Made by a program: the position numbers and the translations under genes. From Alphaproteobacteria bacterium (GTDB lineage Bacteria; Pseudomonadota; Alphaproteobacteria; JAJFFI01), in contig JASJBI010000061.1 of the NCBI GenBank assembly GCA_030066595.1, positions 346 through 64,345 of the forward strand: DNA of 64,000 bases, read 5' to 3'. Of this stretch, positions 1 through 11,233 are shown in pieces (the stretch's first letter is position 1; every line of letters begins with the position of its first letter). The notes under the pieces were generated by a model. That model saw only the letters and a program-made list of their open reading frames with translations, was not told the origin of the DNA and made no database searches.

Positions 1-1773
1 GGCCACCGTCTGCACGTTGGTCGAGGCCTCCTCCGAGGCGGCTGCGACGGCGGTCGCCTGACGGCTGGTCTCCTCCGCCGTCGCCGACATAGCCTCGGCC
101 GTGGACTGCAGCTCCGTTGCCGCGGAGGTCACCGTGTCGATCACGCTCGAGACGCTGGCATCGAAGTCGTCCGCAAGTTCCCGCATCGCCCGCTTCTTCT
201 CTTCTTCAGCGCGCTGGTCCGCCTCTTCCTTCTCGCGCCGCTCGCGTTCGGCGGCCTCTTCCTTCTGCCGGCGCTCGCGCTCAGCGGTCTCTGCCTGCTG
301 ACGGCGCTCGCGTTCCGCGGCCTCTTCCCTCTCGCGCTGGGCACGTTTCTCGGCTTCCCGGCGTTCCTTTTCCATCCGCTCCATCTCGATCGCGTTCTGC
401 TTGAACACTTCGACTGCAGCGGCCATTTCGCCGAGCTCGTCGGAACGGCCTTGACCCGGGATCAGCAACTCCTTGTTGCCCTCGGCCAAGGCACGCATGG
501 TCTCGGTCATTTTGGAGATCAGCCTGCTGATGCCCCGTGTCATGAACACGCCCACGGCACCCATGGCGAGCAATAGCGCAAAGCCGATCATCAGCATCTG
601 GTTGCGCATCTGATCCACTGGAGCCAGCACCTCGGCCATGTCCTTTTCCGCCATCAGCGCCCAGCGCGCGCCGGCGAAATCGAACGGCTTGTAGGCCGAG
701 AGAACGGGTATCCCGCGATAATCGGGCGTTTCCTGGACGCCCGTCTCGCCTTCGATGGCGGCCTCGACCGTCTTCGTCTTCACCTCTTGCTTGAGAATGG
801 TCGAGTCCTCTGAGAAACGTGAATCGCTGCGCATGAGAAAGTCTCGGCCAACGATATAGGTCTCACCGGACTCGCCCATGCCAGCGGTCTGCTGCATGAT
901 CCCATTCATCCGGGCGATCGGCATCTGGAACACGAGCACACCGAGCAGCGCCCCGGAATCATCGTGTACGGGCGAGGCGATGAAGCTCGCCGGGGCGTCG
1001 CGGCTGGGCGCGTAGGGCCGAAAATCGAAGAACGCCTGGGAGCCCGCTTCGCCCTTACGGCCCGCACGAAACGCATTTCCGAGATCGGTGTCCCTCCATT
1101 CGCCGGTGTTCAGGTTGGTGGCGTAGTCCAGCTCTTTGAACACCGTGTAGATCAGGTTTCCGTCGGGATCGAACAGAAAGATGTCGTAATAGTCGCGCTC
1201 GCGCAGAAAGGTGCGAAACCAGGGGTGGTAGCGACCATGGACGTCGCTATAGGTCGAGAAGTCGTCCGCCCGGTCCAGCTCCTCCTTCTTGCCCGTGGGA
1301 TGGGGGTTGTCGGCAATGTAGAGCCTTTGCAGCCGCTCGGTCTGATTGCCTTCCAGCTCCGACCAGGCCTGACGAAAGTCCCGGATCGCCTGACGCACAA
1401 GCGGATTGGTGGCGTGGGTGCGCAGGTCCTGCTCGATCGAACCCAGATAGTCCTTGAGCGCGCCGGAGCGCGCCTCTGCCAGCGCCGACAAGGTCTCCTC
1501 GGCCGCGTGCTGCAGTTCGCTCGATGCCCTGAAATAGTTGGCGACGCCGATGCCGGTCGCCAACACGAACGCCGAGCCGACCATGAGTGCCGGCAGCCGG
1601 AGCGCAATCGTGAGGCGGAACCGATTCTTGGCCGTCCCGCCGCCGGCAGAGCGATCAGAATGCGGAGTGTTGCGATCCGCATCCGAATTGTCGAATGCCC
1701 GAGTGTCGAGGTTACCGCTTCCCTCCAATGCTGCCGAGTCGGTGGGCAGCACATCTTCTTGGATGTCTGTCAT
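1..1773 (-). CDS. Methyl-accepting chemotaxis protein, N-terminal ~590 aa (TM, Cache-type periplasmic sensor, HAMP, start of signalling domain); C-terminus lies beyond window start
   Basis: Own translation of the minus strand from ATG 1773 gives an N-terminal TM, a Cache-like ligand-binding region, a second TM and a HAMP linker, then ...SATELQSTAEAMSATAEETSRQATAVAAASEEASTNVQTVA, typical of the MCP signalling domain; the ORF is open to position 1 and is absent from the ORF track because it runs off the window edge. Confidence 0.85.
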   Translation of the reverse strand, partial: MTDIQEDVLPTDSAALEGSGNLDTRAFDNSDADRNTPHSDRSAGGGTAKNRFRLTIALRLPALMVGSAFVLATGIGVANYFRASSELQHAAEETLSALAEARSGALKDYLGSIEQDLRTHATNPLVRQAIRDFRQAWSELEGNQTERLQRLYIADNPHPTGKKEELDRADDFSTYSDVHGRYHPWFRTFLRERDYYDIFLFDPDGNLIYTVFKELDYATNLNTGEWRDTDLGNAFRAGRKGEAGSQAFFDFRPYAPSRDAPASFIASPVHDDSGALLGVLVFQMPIARMNGIMQQTAGMGESGETYIVGRDFLMRSDSRFSEDSTILKQEVKTKTVEAAIEGETGVQETPDYRGIPVLSAYKPFDFAGARWALMAEKDMAEVLAPVDQMRNQMLMIGFALLLAMGAVGVFMTRGISRLISKMTETMRALAEGNKELLIPGQGRSDELGEMAAAVEVFKQNAIEMERMEKERREAEKRAQREREEAAERERRQQAETAERERRQKEEAAERERREKEEADQRAEEEKKRAMRELADDFDASVSSVIDTVTSAATELQSTAEAMSATAEETSRQATAVAAASEEASTNVQTVA

Positions 1774-2416
1774 GTCGGTCCTCATGTCTGCTCATGCCGA
1801 GCAAGCTAAACTCGCGCCAGACGAAGCAATCACGAGGGGCAAAGATCCGCGCTTACGAACTCCGCCAAACGATCCCCTTCGAGGGATGTCGTCGTCCCCT
1901 TGTTGGACGGACCCGCAACCGATGTCGTTGCGAGTCGCAGTCTTTCGCGTCTGAGCCGCGGGGATCATTAAAGGGAAGAATTATGAATAAACTAATATCG
2001 CTTTGGTCTAGGGGGCCTATTTCTTAGCGCATACACAACCACATGATTCGGTGCGCGGGCTTGTCGCACCATTGCGAAAATCGGGTCGATGCAATTCAAT
2101 CAGTGCCCATGATGTTGCCTGGGAAGCACGCTGCATGGGCTGGCCGAACGCATGCCCTTAGGACGTGATCAGCGTCATGGCGGCTGGCTGACGAGCCCGG
2201 TCGAGGGACGGATCTTGAAGGCAACTGCCGCGGACATCCGGGCTCTCTCGGCGATGCCGCTTTGCCGTTGCGTCAAAATCTCGCCATATTGCCTGCTATC
2301 ATGCAGGCGGCCGGTTTGGGCGCTGGACCGTGCTTCTGCCTACAAGATATAGTATAAGGACGGGCTGCAGTCTCAGTCCCTAGGGGGACGGGACGGAAAT
2401 GGGGTTTCTCTGCGGT

Positions 2417-3163
2417 ATGGCAGGCCATTCGCAATTCAAGAACATCATGTACCGCAAGGGTGCGCAGGACGCCAAGCGCGCCAAGATCTTCGCCAAGCTG
2501 GGACGGGAGCTGATGGTGGCGGCGCGCGGCGGTGCCGATCCGGGGTCCAATGCGCGCCTGCGCGCGGCGATCGCGGCGGCGCGTGCCCAGAACATGCCGA
2601 AGGACAACATCGCGCGCGCCATCAAGAAGGGCAGCGGCGAGCTCGGCGGCGAAACCTTCGAGGAGATGCGCTACGAGGGCTATGGCCCCGGGGGTGTGGC
2701 GATCATCGTCGAGGCCCTGACCGACAACCGCAACCGGACCGCGGCGGAGGTCCGCTCGACCTTCAGCAAGTACAGCGGAAACCTGGCCGAAACCGGCGCC
2801 GTTTCGTTCAACTTCGATCATGTCGGACAGATCGTCTACGCAAGCGGCGCGGCCGGCGCCGAAGAGATATTCGAGGCGGCGCTGGAGGCCGGCGCCGAGG
2901 ACGTGAGATCGGACAAGGACGGCCACGAAATCACCTGCCCGGTCGACGATTTCAATGCCGTGCGCGAGGCACTCGAGGCGAAGCTCGGCCCGGCGGAGCG
3001 CGCCGGGCTGACCTGGAAGCCGCAGACCACGGTGCCAATCGACGAGACGCAGGCATCGACGCTGCTCAAGCTGATCGACACCCTGGAGGACAGCGACGAC
3101 GTGCAGGCGGTGTCCGCCAACTTCGAAGTATCCGACGAGGTGCTCGAAAGGTTGAGCGCATAG
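2417..3163 (+). CDS. yebC: YebC/PmpR family DNA-binding transcriptional regulator
   Basis: [28 protein letters not shown]... is the canonical YebC N-terminus, ~248 aa; conserved position upstream of ruvCAB. Confidence 0.9.
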   Translation: MAGHSQFKNIMYRKGAQDAKRAKIFAKLGRELMVAARGGADPGSNARLRAAIAAARAQNMPKDNIARAIKKGSGELGGETFEEMRYEGYGPGGVAIIVEALTDNRNRTAAEVRSTFSKYSGNLAETGAVSFNFDHVGQIVYASGAAGAEEIFEAALEAGAEDVRSDKDGHEITCPVDDFNAVREALEAKLGPAERAGLTWKPQTTVPIDETQASTLLKLIDTLEDSDDVQAVSANFEVSDEVLERLSA

Positions 3164-3231
3164 ATGGCGGCTGGAGTCAGGGTCGCCGCGTCGAGCGCGG
3201 CCGCGCGCAGGCGGCAAGAGACCCGTCGCCG

Positions 3232-3747
3232 ATGAGAATTCTTGGCCTGGATCCAGGGTTGCGCCAGACCGGTTGGGGTGTCGTGGAGGCACGGCCCGAT
3301 CGTCTGCGTCACGTGGCCAACGGCGCGATCGCGAGCGACCCAAAGCTGCCGCTGGCCGCCAGGTTGGAGCAGTTGTTCGCGGGCCTTGTGCGGGTGATCG
3401 AGGCGTTCAATCCGGACGAAGCGGCGGTGGAGCAGACCTTCGTCAACCGCAACCCGGTCTCGACCCTCAAGCTGGGCCAAGCGCGCGGGGTCGTGCTGCT
3501 GGTGCCGGCCCGGGCCGGCTTGCCGGTCGAGGAGTATGGCGCGAATCACATCAAGAAGGCCGTCGTTGGCGTCGGTCATGCGGACAAGCGACAGGTGGCG
3601 TTGATGGTGCGGACATTGCTGCCCGGGGTCGACATCGCCGGACCGGATGCGGCGGACGCCCTGGCGATTGCCATCTGTCACGCCCATCATCGCACCGCGC
3701 GATCGGCGGTCGCCGGAGTCGCGAGCCTCGCGGAGCGAGCCTCGTGA
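3232..3747 (+). CDS. ruvC: Crossover junction endodeoxyribonuclease RuvC
   Basis: [19 protein letters not shown]... RNase H-like RuvC fold; stop overlaps the ruvA GTG (GTGA). Confidence 0.9.
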   Translation: MRILGLDPGLRQTGWGVVEARPDRLRHVANGAIASDPKLPLAARLEQLFAGLVRVIEAFNPDEAAVEQTFVNRNPVSTLKLGQARGVVLLVPARAGLPVEEYGANHIKKAVVGVGHADKRQVALMVRTLLPGVDIAGPDAADALAIAICHAHHRTARSAVAGVASLAERAS

Positions 3748-4364
3748 TCGCCAAACTCACCGGGACGTTGGACTCGATTCTCGATGACGCGGCGGTCATC
3801 GATGTGGGCGGCGTCGGCTATCTGGCCTTCTGTTCGAGCCAGACCCTACGCGCGTTGCCCCCGGCGGGCAGCGTCGCGACGCTGCTGATCGAGACCCACG
3901 TCCGCGAGGACCACATCCATCTCTTCGGTTTCGCGACCGCGGCGGAGCGCGACTGGTTTCGCCTCTTGATGACGGTCCAGGGCGTCGGCGCCAAGGTGGC
4001 GCTGGCCGTGCTGTCCGCCTTGTCGCCGGACCAGCTCACCCTGGCGATCACCGCCCAGGACCCCGCGACGCTGACCCGCGCCAACGGCGTCGGGCGCAAG
4101 GTGGCGCAGCGGATCGTCACGGAGCTCAAGGACAAGGCGGGGGAGTTGGCCGTGACGGCGGGCGTCATGCCGAGCGTCGCGGGGTTGCCGCAGTTCCCTG
4201 GCGCGGGGGCCGGACCGTCCGGAGAAGCGATCTCGGCCCTGGTCAACCTGGGGTACAGGCGCATGGAAGCGACCGGCGCCATCGGGCAGGCGATGCAGGC
4301 GCTCGGTGCCGATGCCAGCACCGAAGCCTTGATCAAGGCCGGTCTGCAGGAGCTGGCATCATGA
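3744..4364 (+). CDS. ruvA: Holliday junction branch migration complex subunit RuvA
   Basis: [29 protein letters not shown]... is a RuvA OB-fold N-terminus, HhH region and C-terminal RuvB-binding domain; in frame within ORF 3273..4364, true start is GTG 3744. Confidence 0.9.
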   Translation: MIAKLTGTLDSILDDAAVIDVGGVGYLAFCSSQTLRALPPAGSVATLLIETHVREDHIHLFGFATAAERDWFRLLMTVQGVGAKVALAVLSALSPDQLTLAITAQDPATLTRANGVGRKVAQRIVTELKDKAGELAVTAGVMPSVAGLPQFPGAGAGPSGEAISALVNLGYRRMEATGAIGQAMQALGADASTEALIKAGLQELAS

Positions 4365-4377
4365 GGAGGCGCGCCTC

Positions 4378-5448
4378 GTGAGCGAGCAGCGCCTGGTCGC
4401 CGCCGCACCGGCACCCGACGAGACGGAGGGCGCCGGAGCCGAGACGACGCTTCGTCCCCGGCTCCTGGACGAATTCATCGGCCAGCAACAGGTTCGCCAG
4501 AACCTGAAAGTCTTCATAGCCGCCGCGCAGAGGCGCAGCGAAGCGATGGACCATGTCCTGCTGCACGGACCGCCGGGCCTGGGCAAGACAACGCTGGCCC
4601 AGATCATCGCGCGCGAGCTGGGCGTAAACTTCCGCGCCACCTCCGGTCCGGTAATCCAGCGCGCCGGCGACCTGGCGGCGTTGCTCACCAACCTGCAGCC
4701 GCGCGACGTCTTGTTCATCGACGAGATTCATCGCCTCAACCCCGCGGTGGAGGAGATCCTGTATCCGGCGCTCGAGGACTTCGAGCTCGATCTGATCATC
4801 GGCGAAGGTCCGGCGGCGCGATCGATCCGCATCGACCTGCCGCCCTTCACGCTGGTCGGCGCGACCACCCGCTCGGGGCTGCTGACGACGCCGTTGCGCG
4901 AACGTTTCGGCATCCCGCTGCGCCTCTCCTTCTACGAAGCGGAAGAGCTGGAGCTCATCGTTCGGCGCGGCGCCGAGCTGATGGGTCTGACGCTGACGGC
5001 CGAAGGTGCGCGTGAGATTTCCCGCCGCTCGCGCGGCACCCCGCGGGTCGCCGGCCGGCTGCTGCGTCGGGTTCGCGACTTCACGGCGATCGACGGCGAC
5101 CAGCGGATCGACCGGGCGGAAGCGGACGCGGCGCTCAACCGTCTGGAGGTGGACGGCCGCGGGCTCGACGCCATGGACCGGCGCTATCTGACCGCGCTGG
5201 CCGAGAGCCATGGCGGTGGACCGGTCGGTGTCGAGACACTGGCGGCTGCGCTGGCCGAGCAGCGGGACATGCTGGAAGAGGTCATCGAGCCCTTCCTGAT
5301 CCAGCAAGGCCTTCTGCAACGGACGCCCAGGGGTCGCATGCTGTCGCGCGAGGGTTTCCGGCATCTCGGCCTGAGCCCGCCGGACAGGCCCGAGACCCAG
5401 CTGGACATGCTCGACGGCGCTGGCGACGAGGTGGACCGTGCCGGCTGA
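4378..5448 (+). CDS. ruvB: Holliday junction branch migration DNA helicase RuvB
   Basis: AAA+ Walker [21 protein letters not shown], sensor motifs; AGGAGG Shine-Dalgarno 8 nt upstream of GTG. Confidence 0.95.
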   Translation: MSEQRLVAAAPAPDETEGAGAETTLRPRLLDEFIGQQQVRQNLKVFIAAAQRRSEAMDHVLLHGPPGLGKTTLAQIIARELGVNFRATSGPVIQRAGDLAALLTNLQPRDVLFIDEIHRLNPAVEEILYPALEDFELDLIIGEGPAARSIRIDLPPFTLVGATTRSGLLTTPLRERFGIPLRLSFYEAEELELIVRRGAELMGLTLTAEGAREISRRSRGTPRVAGRLLRRVRDFTAIDGDQRIDRAEADAALNRLEVDGRGLDAMDRRYLTALAESHGGGPVGVETLAAALAEQRDMLEEVIEPFLIQQGLLQRTPRGRMLSREGFRHLGLSPPDRPETQLDMLDGAGDEVDRAG

Positions 5449-5896
5449 GACGTCCGACCGACAGCCGTCCGGCACGATCCGCGACGAAACGCATGTCTAT
5501 CCCGTGCGCGTCTACTATGAGGATACGGACACGGCCGGCATCGTATACTACGCGAACTACTTGAAGTTCGCGGAACGAGCCCGTACAGAATTGCTGCGCC
5601 TGCTCGGTTTCGAACAGCGCGACCTCTTCGACACCTATGGCGTGGGCTTCGCGGTTCGACATTGCGAGATCGACTTCCGGCTGCCGGCCCGTTTGGATGA
5701 CGCCTTGGAGGTGCACAGCCGCATGCTCGACGTTGGCGGCGCCAGCCTTCGGGCGGAGCAGGTCGTGCGACGGGACGACACCGATCTGGTACGAATGCAG
5801 GTCCGCGTGGCCTGCATGAATCGCGAAGGACAGCCGACCCGGATTCCCGGGCCCTTGCTCGACCTGCTGCGCCCCCTGGATCCATCGAGAGAGTGA
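5438..5896 (+). CDS. ybgC: Tol-Pal system-associated acyl-CoA thioesterase YbgC (4HBT hotdog)
   Basis: [30 protein letters not shown] is the YbgC signature; first gene of the tol-pal cluster. Confidence 0.85.
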   Translation: MPAETSDRQPSGTIRDETHVYPVRVYYEDTDTAGIVYYANYLKFAERARTELLRLLGFEQRDLFDTYGVGFAVRHCEIDFRLPARLDDALEVHSRMLDVGGASLRAEQVVRRDDTDLVRMQVRVACMNREGQPTRIPGPLLDLLRPLDPSRE

Positions 5897-5906
5897 GACC
5901 GCAAAT

Positions 5907-6763
<857 letters not shown>

Positions 6764-6764
<1 letters not shown>

Positions 6765-7267
6765 TGGCGGTCAACCTCAGCAGCAGCGGCTATCGCGGCA
6801 CCGCCGGCGGGCGCTTCCGCTATAAACCCATGGCGGAGATCAACGTGACGCCCTTTGTGGACGTCATGCTTGTGCTGCTGATCATCTTCATGGTGACGGC
6901 GCCGCTCCTGACCGTGGGCGTGCCCGTGGACCTGCCGAAGACCGCGGCCAAGCCGATCTCCGAGCCGGACGAGCCCTTGGTCATAACGGTCAACAAGGAC
7001 GGTAAGATCTTCTTGCAGGAAACCGAGGTAGCCTTGAAGTCCTTGGTGCCGCGTTTGGTGGCGATCACCGAGGCCAAGGTGGACACGCGGATTTTCATCC
7101 GCGGGGACAAGGAGCTGAGCTACGGCAACATGATGCAGGTGATGGCCACGACCACCGCGGCCGGATTCACCAAGGTGGCGCTGATTACCGATATGGCGGA
7201 AGACGGAGGCATTCAGGCGCCGCAGCAAGCGCCCAAGGCCGGATCGGAAGACGGGCGCAAGAATTAG
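6764..7267 (+). CDS. tolR: Tol-Pal system protein TolR (ExbD/TolR)
   Basis: INVTPFVDVMLVLLIIFMVTAPLL... is an ExbD/TolR TM + periplasmic domain; ATGA overlap with the tolQ stop. Confidence 0.85.
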
Positions 7268-7285
7268 AAAGACGAGAGTCCGCAA

Positions 7286-8146
7286 GTGGCAATGCGCAAC
7301 GGCATGATTTTTTCGGGCCTGCTTCACGCGGCGATCATTGCGCTGGCGGTGTTCGGGCTGCCCGAGATGTGGCAGCGGATCGAAATCACCAACCAAGCGA
7401 TTCCCGTGGAGATCGTCGACATCGGCGAGCTTACCAACGCGCCGCCACCAGACACGCCGCAGGAGCTCGCCGAACAGGCCCAGCGGGACGATCCCGCGCC
7501 GCAACCACGGCCGGCCCCGCCGCCGCCGCCGGAACCCGAAGCACCCGTGGTCGCCGCGCCCGTGGCACCGCCCAAGCCCAAGGTCGAGGCCAAAAAGCCC
7601 GAGCCACTGGACAAACCCGAACCGAAACCCAAGCCGAAGCTGGAAGAAAAACCGGTGCAGCAGGCGAAAGCCCAGGCCAAGCCCAAGCGCCGCCCCAAAC
7701 CGCCCAAGCCGAGTTTTGATTCGGTTCTCAAAACGGTCGACAAGATCCGCCAAAAACGGCGGAAGGACCAGCCGGCCGAGCCGGAACGTCAGGTCGCTTC
7801 CACGCAGAGCAGCCGCAACATTCCCGATCAGCCGTTGACCATCAGCGAACTCGATGCCATACGACGCCAGTTCACGTCCTGCTGGAATGTCGATCTGGGC
7901 CTCAAGGGCATCGAAAACATGGTCGTTCGCGTTCGCGTCGACCTCAATCCCGACCGCACCATTCGATCGGCCCGCATCCTAGACCGGATCAACCCGGGCA
8001 ATGCGCACTATCGGTCCTTCGCCGAGAGCGCCCTGCGCGCCGTTCGCAACTCGCGCTGTTCGCCGGTGCGGCTCCCGCCCAAGAAGTTCAGTGTCATGAA
8101 GACCTTCACTCTTCGATTTAGCGCAAAGGAGATGCTCGGACTATGA
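7286..8146 (+). CDS. tolA: Cell envelope integrity protein TolA (Pro/Lys-rich linker)
   Basis: N-terminal TM, long Px[10 protein letters not shown] linker, C-terminal TolA domain III-like; position between tolR and tolB. Confidence 0.75.
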   Translation: MAMRNGMIFSGLLHAAIIALAVFGLPEMWQRIEITNQAIPVEIVDIGELTNAPPPDTPQELAEQAQRDDPAPQPRPAPPPPPEPEAPVVAAPVAPPKPKVEAKKPEPLDKPEPKPKPKLEEKPVQQAKAQAKPKRRPKPPKPSFDSVLKTVDKIRQKRRKDQPAEPERQVASTQSSRNIPDQPLTISELDAIRRQFTSCWNVDLGLKGIENMVVRVRVDLNPDRTIRSARILDRINPGNAHYRSFAESALRAVRNSRCSPVRLPPKKFSVMKTFTLRFSAKEMLGL

Positions 8147-9477
8147 CCGTCCTTGCCTGCGCCCGCCGCCTGCTGACAACGGCGGCGGTGCCGGTCGCGC
8201 TGGCCATTGCGAGCTTGTCTTCGGCAACGGCACAGGAACCGCCCCTGATCGACATCGAAAGGGGCCTGGTCGAGCCGCTGCCGGTTGCGATTACCAATTT
8301 CCGCGGCAGCAGCGAACAGGAAGGCCGGCTCGGCATCGACATCGCCCGGGTCGTCACAGCCGATCTCGAGCGGTCCGGGCTGTTCCGACCGATCGACCAG
8401 GCGGCGTTCATCCAGGATCTCGGGTCGATTGAGGTGCAGCCGCGTTTCGGCGACTGGCGCGTGATCGGCGCGCAGGCGCTGGTGCAAGGCGCGGTCAAGT
8501 TCCAGTCGAACGGACGCATGCGCACCGAGGTGCGGCTTTGGGACGTGACCGCGGAGAAGCAGCTGGTCGGCCGTGCTTACGAGACACCGCCGGACAACTG
8601 GCGGCGCGTGGCGCATATCATTGCCGACGCCATCTACAAACGGATGACAGGCGAGGACGCCTACTTCGACACGCGTATCGTCTACGTTTCCGAGAGCGGA
8701 CCGGCCGAGCGTCGGGTCAAGCGGCTGGCGATCATGGACCAGGACGGGGCCAACCACAGATTCCTGACCAGCGGCAGCGAACTGGTTCTGACGCCCCGTT
8801 TTTCGCCGACCAGCCAGGAAATAACGTATCTGTCCTATTTCAACGAGCGGCCCCGGGTCTATCTGCTCAACATCGAGACCGGACAGCAGGAGGTGGTCGG
8901 CGATTTTCCGGGCATGACCTTCGCGCCGCGCTTCTCGCCGGACGGCAACAAGGTGATCATGAGCTTGGCGACCGCCGGGAATTCCGAGGTCTACGCCATG
9001 GACCTCCGCACCCGGCGCTTTGACCGTCTGACCAACAATCCGGCGATCGATACCTCGCCGAGCTATTCCCCGGAGGGCGAGCAGATCGTCTTCAATTCCG
9101 ATCGCGGCGGCTCTCAGCAGCTCTACATCATGGACTCGGATGGCGGCAATGTCCGCCGGATCAGCTTTGGCGACGGGCGCTATGCCACCCCCGTATGGTC
9201 GCCGAGAGGCGATCTGATCGCGTTTACCAAGATTAAAGGAGGCTTGTTCTATATCGGCGTCATGAGTACCGATGGCTCGGGCGAGCGGCTCCTGACGCAG
9301 GGATTCCTTGTCGAAGGTCCGACCTGGGCGCCGAACGGACGGGTACTGATGTTCTTCCGGCAAGAGCGTGGCGAATCGGTGAGGCTGCACTCGATCGACC
9401 TGACCGGTTACAACGAGCGGGAGATCTTCACCCCGGCCGATGCTTCGGACCCGGCCTGGTCGCCGCTGCTGCCTTAG
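8143..9477 (+). CDS. tolB: Tol-Pal system beta-propeller protein TolB
   Basis: Signal peptide, TolB N-terminal domain, repeated beta-propeller blades (FSPDG..., SPSYSPEG...); ATGA overlap with tolA. Confidence 0.95.
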   Translation: MTVLACARRLLTTAAVPVALAIASLSSATAQEPPLIDIERGLVEPLPVAITNFRGSSEQEGRLGIDIARVVTADLERSGLFRPIDQAAFIQDLGSIEVQPRFGDWRVIGAQALVQGAVKFQSNGRMRTEVRLWDVTAEKQLVGRAYETPPDNWRRVAHIIADAIYKRMTGEDAYFDTRIVYVSESGPAERRVKRLAIMDQDGANHRFLTSGSELVLTPRFSPTSQEITYLSYFNERPRVYLLNIETGQQEVVGDFPGMTFAPRFSPDGNKVIMSLATAGNSEVYAMDLRTRRFDRLTNNPAIDTSPSYSPEGEQIVFNSDRGGSQQLYIMDSDGGNVRRISFGDGRYATPVWSPRGDLIAFTKIKGGLFYIGVMSTDGSGERLLTQGFLVEGPTWAPNGRVLMFFRQERGESVRLHSIDLTGYNEREIFTPADASDPAWSPLLP

Positions 9478-9647
9478 GCCGAATCAACTCGTGAACTGGC
9501 GCTTATTGGCCACAATTGCGTCAAATTGTCCCCTAGAATCGCAGGAAACTGGGGTTTGGCTTTGATGATGTCGCATCACACTGTATACCAGCACCCTGAT
9601 TCCTTGCGACCAAACGTGATATCCTGTCGGGTTACGGAGAGTAGGAA

Positions 9648-10118
9648 ATGTCCCTGAAGACCATCGTGAGCCTGTTTTCTGCCGTCCTCATGCTCGCTGC
9701 GTGCGAGACGGCGTCGCAAGGTAGCGGCTCTGCTACCGGTGGCGGCCAGCAAACCGCCTCCGCAGACGGAGGGCGTGGCGGCGGGCGGGTGTCCGGCGAC
9801 CGCGTGTTTTTCGAGTTCGACCGGTCCGACCTGCAGCCGCAGGCGCGCAAGACGATCGAGAGCTGGGCAAACTGGATGCGATCCAATCCGTCCACCGCGG
9901 TCACCATCGAGGGCCACGCGGACGAGCGCGGCACCCGCGAATACAACCTCGCTCTTGGCGAGCGCCGGGCGCAGTCGGCCAAGAACTACTTGGTCGCTCT
10001 TGGCGTCAGCCCGAACCGGGTGCGCACGCTCAGCTATGGCAAGGAGCGGCCTGCCGTGGGCGGCCATGACGAGCAGTCCTGGGCGCAGAACCGCCGCTCG
10101 GTCCTGACGCGGAAGTAG
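9648..10118 (+). CDS. pal: Peptidoglycan-associated lipoprotein Pal (OmpA-like)
   Basis: Lipobox LAAC; VFFEFDRSDL..TIEGHADERGTREYNLALGERRA is the OmpA_C signature. Confidence 0.9.
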   Translation: MSLKTIVSLFSAVLMLAACETASQGSGSATGGGQQTASADGGRGGGRVSGDRVFFEFDRSDLQPQARKTIESWANWMRSNPSTAVTIEGHADERGTREYNLALGERRAQSAKNYLVALGVSPNRVRTLSYGKERPAVGGHDEQSWAQNRRSVLTRK

Positions 10119-10261
10119 CTGCCAGGTCGGGCACATGTGTCCGGCCTGCCCTCGACAGGTAGTCTTAGTTTCGCCGCAAAGCGCGGTTAGCCGTGTCTTG
10201 CGGTTGGCATGAACGCAGGGACGCCGAAGTGGCGCGCCCTGCGCGTGCCTGACCAATCGGA

Positions 10262-11233
10262 ATGTTGGACCCTGTGACAGCCACTGTCGTTCGCAAGCCC
10301 CCGATGCGCACCACCTCAAATGCATGGCGAAGAGCCGCCGCCGCGATAGTGGTCGCGACGATCGCGGCTTCCGGCTGGGCTTCGTCGGCGATCGCGCAGT
10401 CGGCGGCTCCGGAGGAGATGCGCCTGTTGCTCGAGCGGTTGGACCGCCTCGAGCAGCAACTCGGCCGCGTGCAGAACCGCCTGGAGACGAGCATCAACCG
10501 GCCGGCCCCAGTGGTGAAGCCCGGCGAACCGCTGCCGCCGACCGCCGCGGCCCGGATGGAACTGCGTGTCAGTCAGCTGGAGAACGAGATCCGGCGTTTG
10601 ACCGGTCGCGCGGAAGAGATCGATTTCTCGGTCCAGCAGATCAAGTCGCGCCTCGACCGGCTGGTCTCGGATGTTGACCAGCGACTGGCCGTTCTCGAAG
10701 GCAGGCCGCCCCAGCAGGCCGACGCGCAACGGGGCAGGTCGGCCCTCCCGGCGCAGTCGTCGCAGCCTGAATCCCAGGTGGCGTCTGCGGAGACGACAGC
10801 GAGCGGCGGCGGGGAACCGGCCGGTGCCCAGCTCGCCGCTCTGCCGCCAGGCTCGGTTGAGCAGCAATACCAGCACGCCCGCGCTTTCCTGGTGCAAGGC
10901 GCCTATGACGAAGCCGAGGCGTCGCTGCGGTCGTTCATCCAAGCCCACCCCGATCACACGCTCGCGGGCAACGCGCAATACTGGCTTGGCGAGACCTTCT
11001 ATGTGCGCAAACAGTATGAAGACGCGGTCGTCGCCTATCTCGAGGGCTACCAGAAGTACCCGAAGAGCCGAAAGGCGCCGGACAATCTCCTGAAGCTGGG
11101 CATGTCCTTGGCACAGCTTGGCAAGAAGGACGAAGCCTGCGCCACCTTCACCCAGCTGCGGCAGAAGTTCCCCAAGGCGCGCTCCAACATCCGACAGACC
11201 GCGGCGAGCCAGCGCAAGAAGCTTGGCTGCTGA
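10262..11233 (+). CDS. cpoB: Cell division coordinator CpoB/YbgF (coiled coil + TPR); probable start ATG 10304
   Basis: Signal peptide, coiled-coil LENEIRRLTGRAEEIDFSVQQIKSRLD, C-terminal TPR AQYWLGETFYVRKQYEDAVVAY; last gene of the tol-pal cluster. Confidence 0.8.
   Translation: MLDPVTATVVRKPPMRTTSNAWRRAAAAIVVATIAASGWASSAIAQSAAPEEMRLLLERLDRLEQQLGRVQNRLETSINRPAPVVKPGEPLPPTAAARMELRVSQLENEIRRLTGRAEEIDFSVQQIKSRLDRLVSDVDQRLAVLEGRPPQQADAQRGRSALPAQSSQPESQVASAETTASGGGEPAGAQLAALPPGSVEQQYQHARAFLVQGAYDEAEASLRSFIQAHPDHTLAGNAQYWLGETFYVRKQYEDAVVAYLEGYQKYPKSRKAPDNLLKLGMSLAQLGKKDEACATFTQLRQKFPKARSNIRQTAASQRKKLGC

Noticed and set aside
3273-3743. N-terminal 157 codons of ORF 3273..4364
   Set aside because: Overlaps ruvC in another frame; RuvA homology begins at GTG 3744, which overlaps the ruvC stop.
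8008-9390. 460-aa minus-strand ORF
   Set aside because: Lies entirely antisense to tolB, whose product is unambiguous; long shadow ORFs are expected at ~68% GC.
10119-10261. Hairpin CGGGCACAtgTGTCCG after pal as a terminator
   Set aside because: Imperfect 7-bp stem, no U-tract; too weak to report as a feature.
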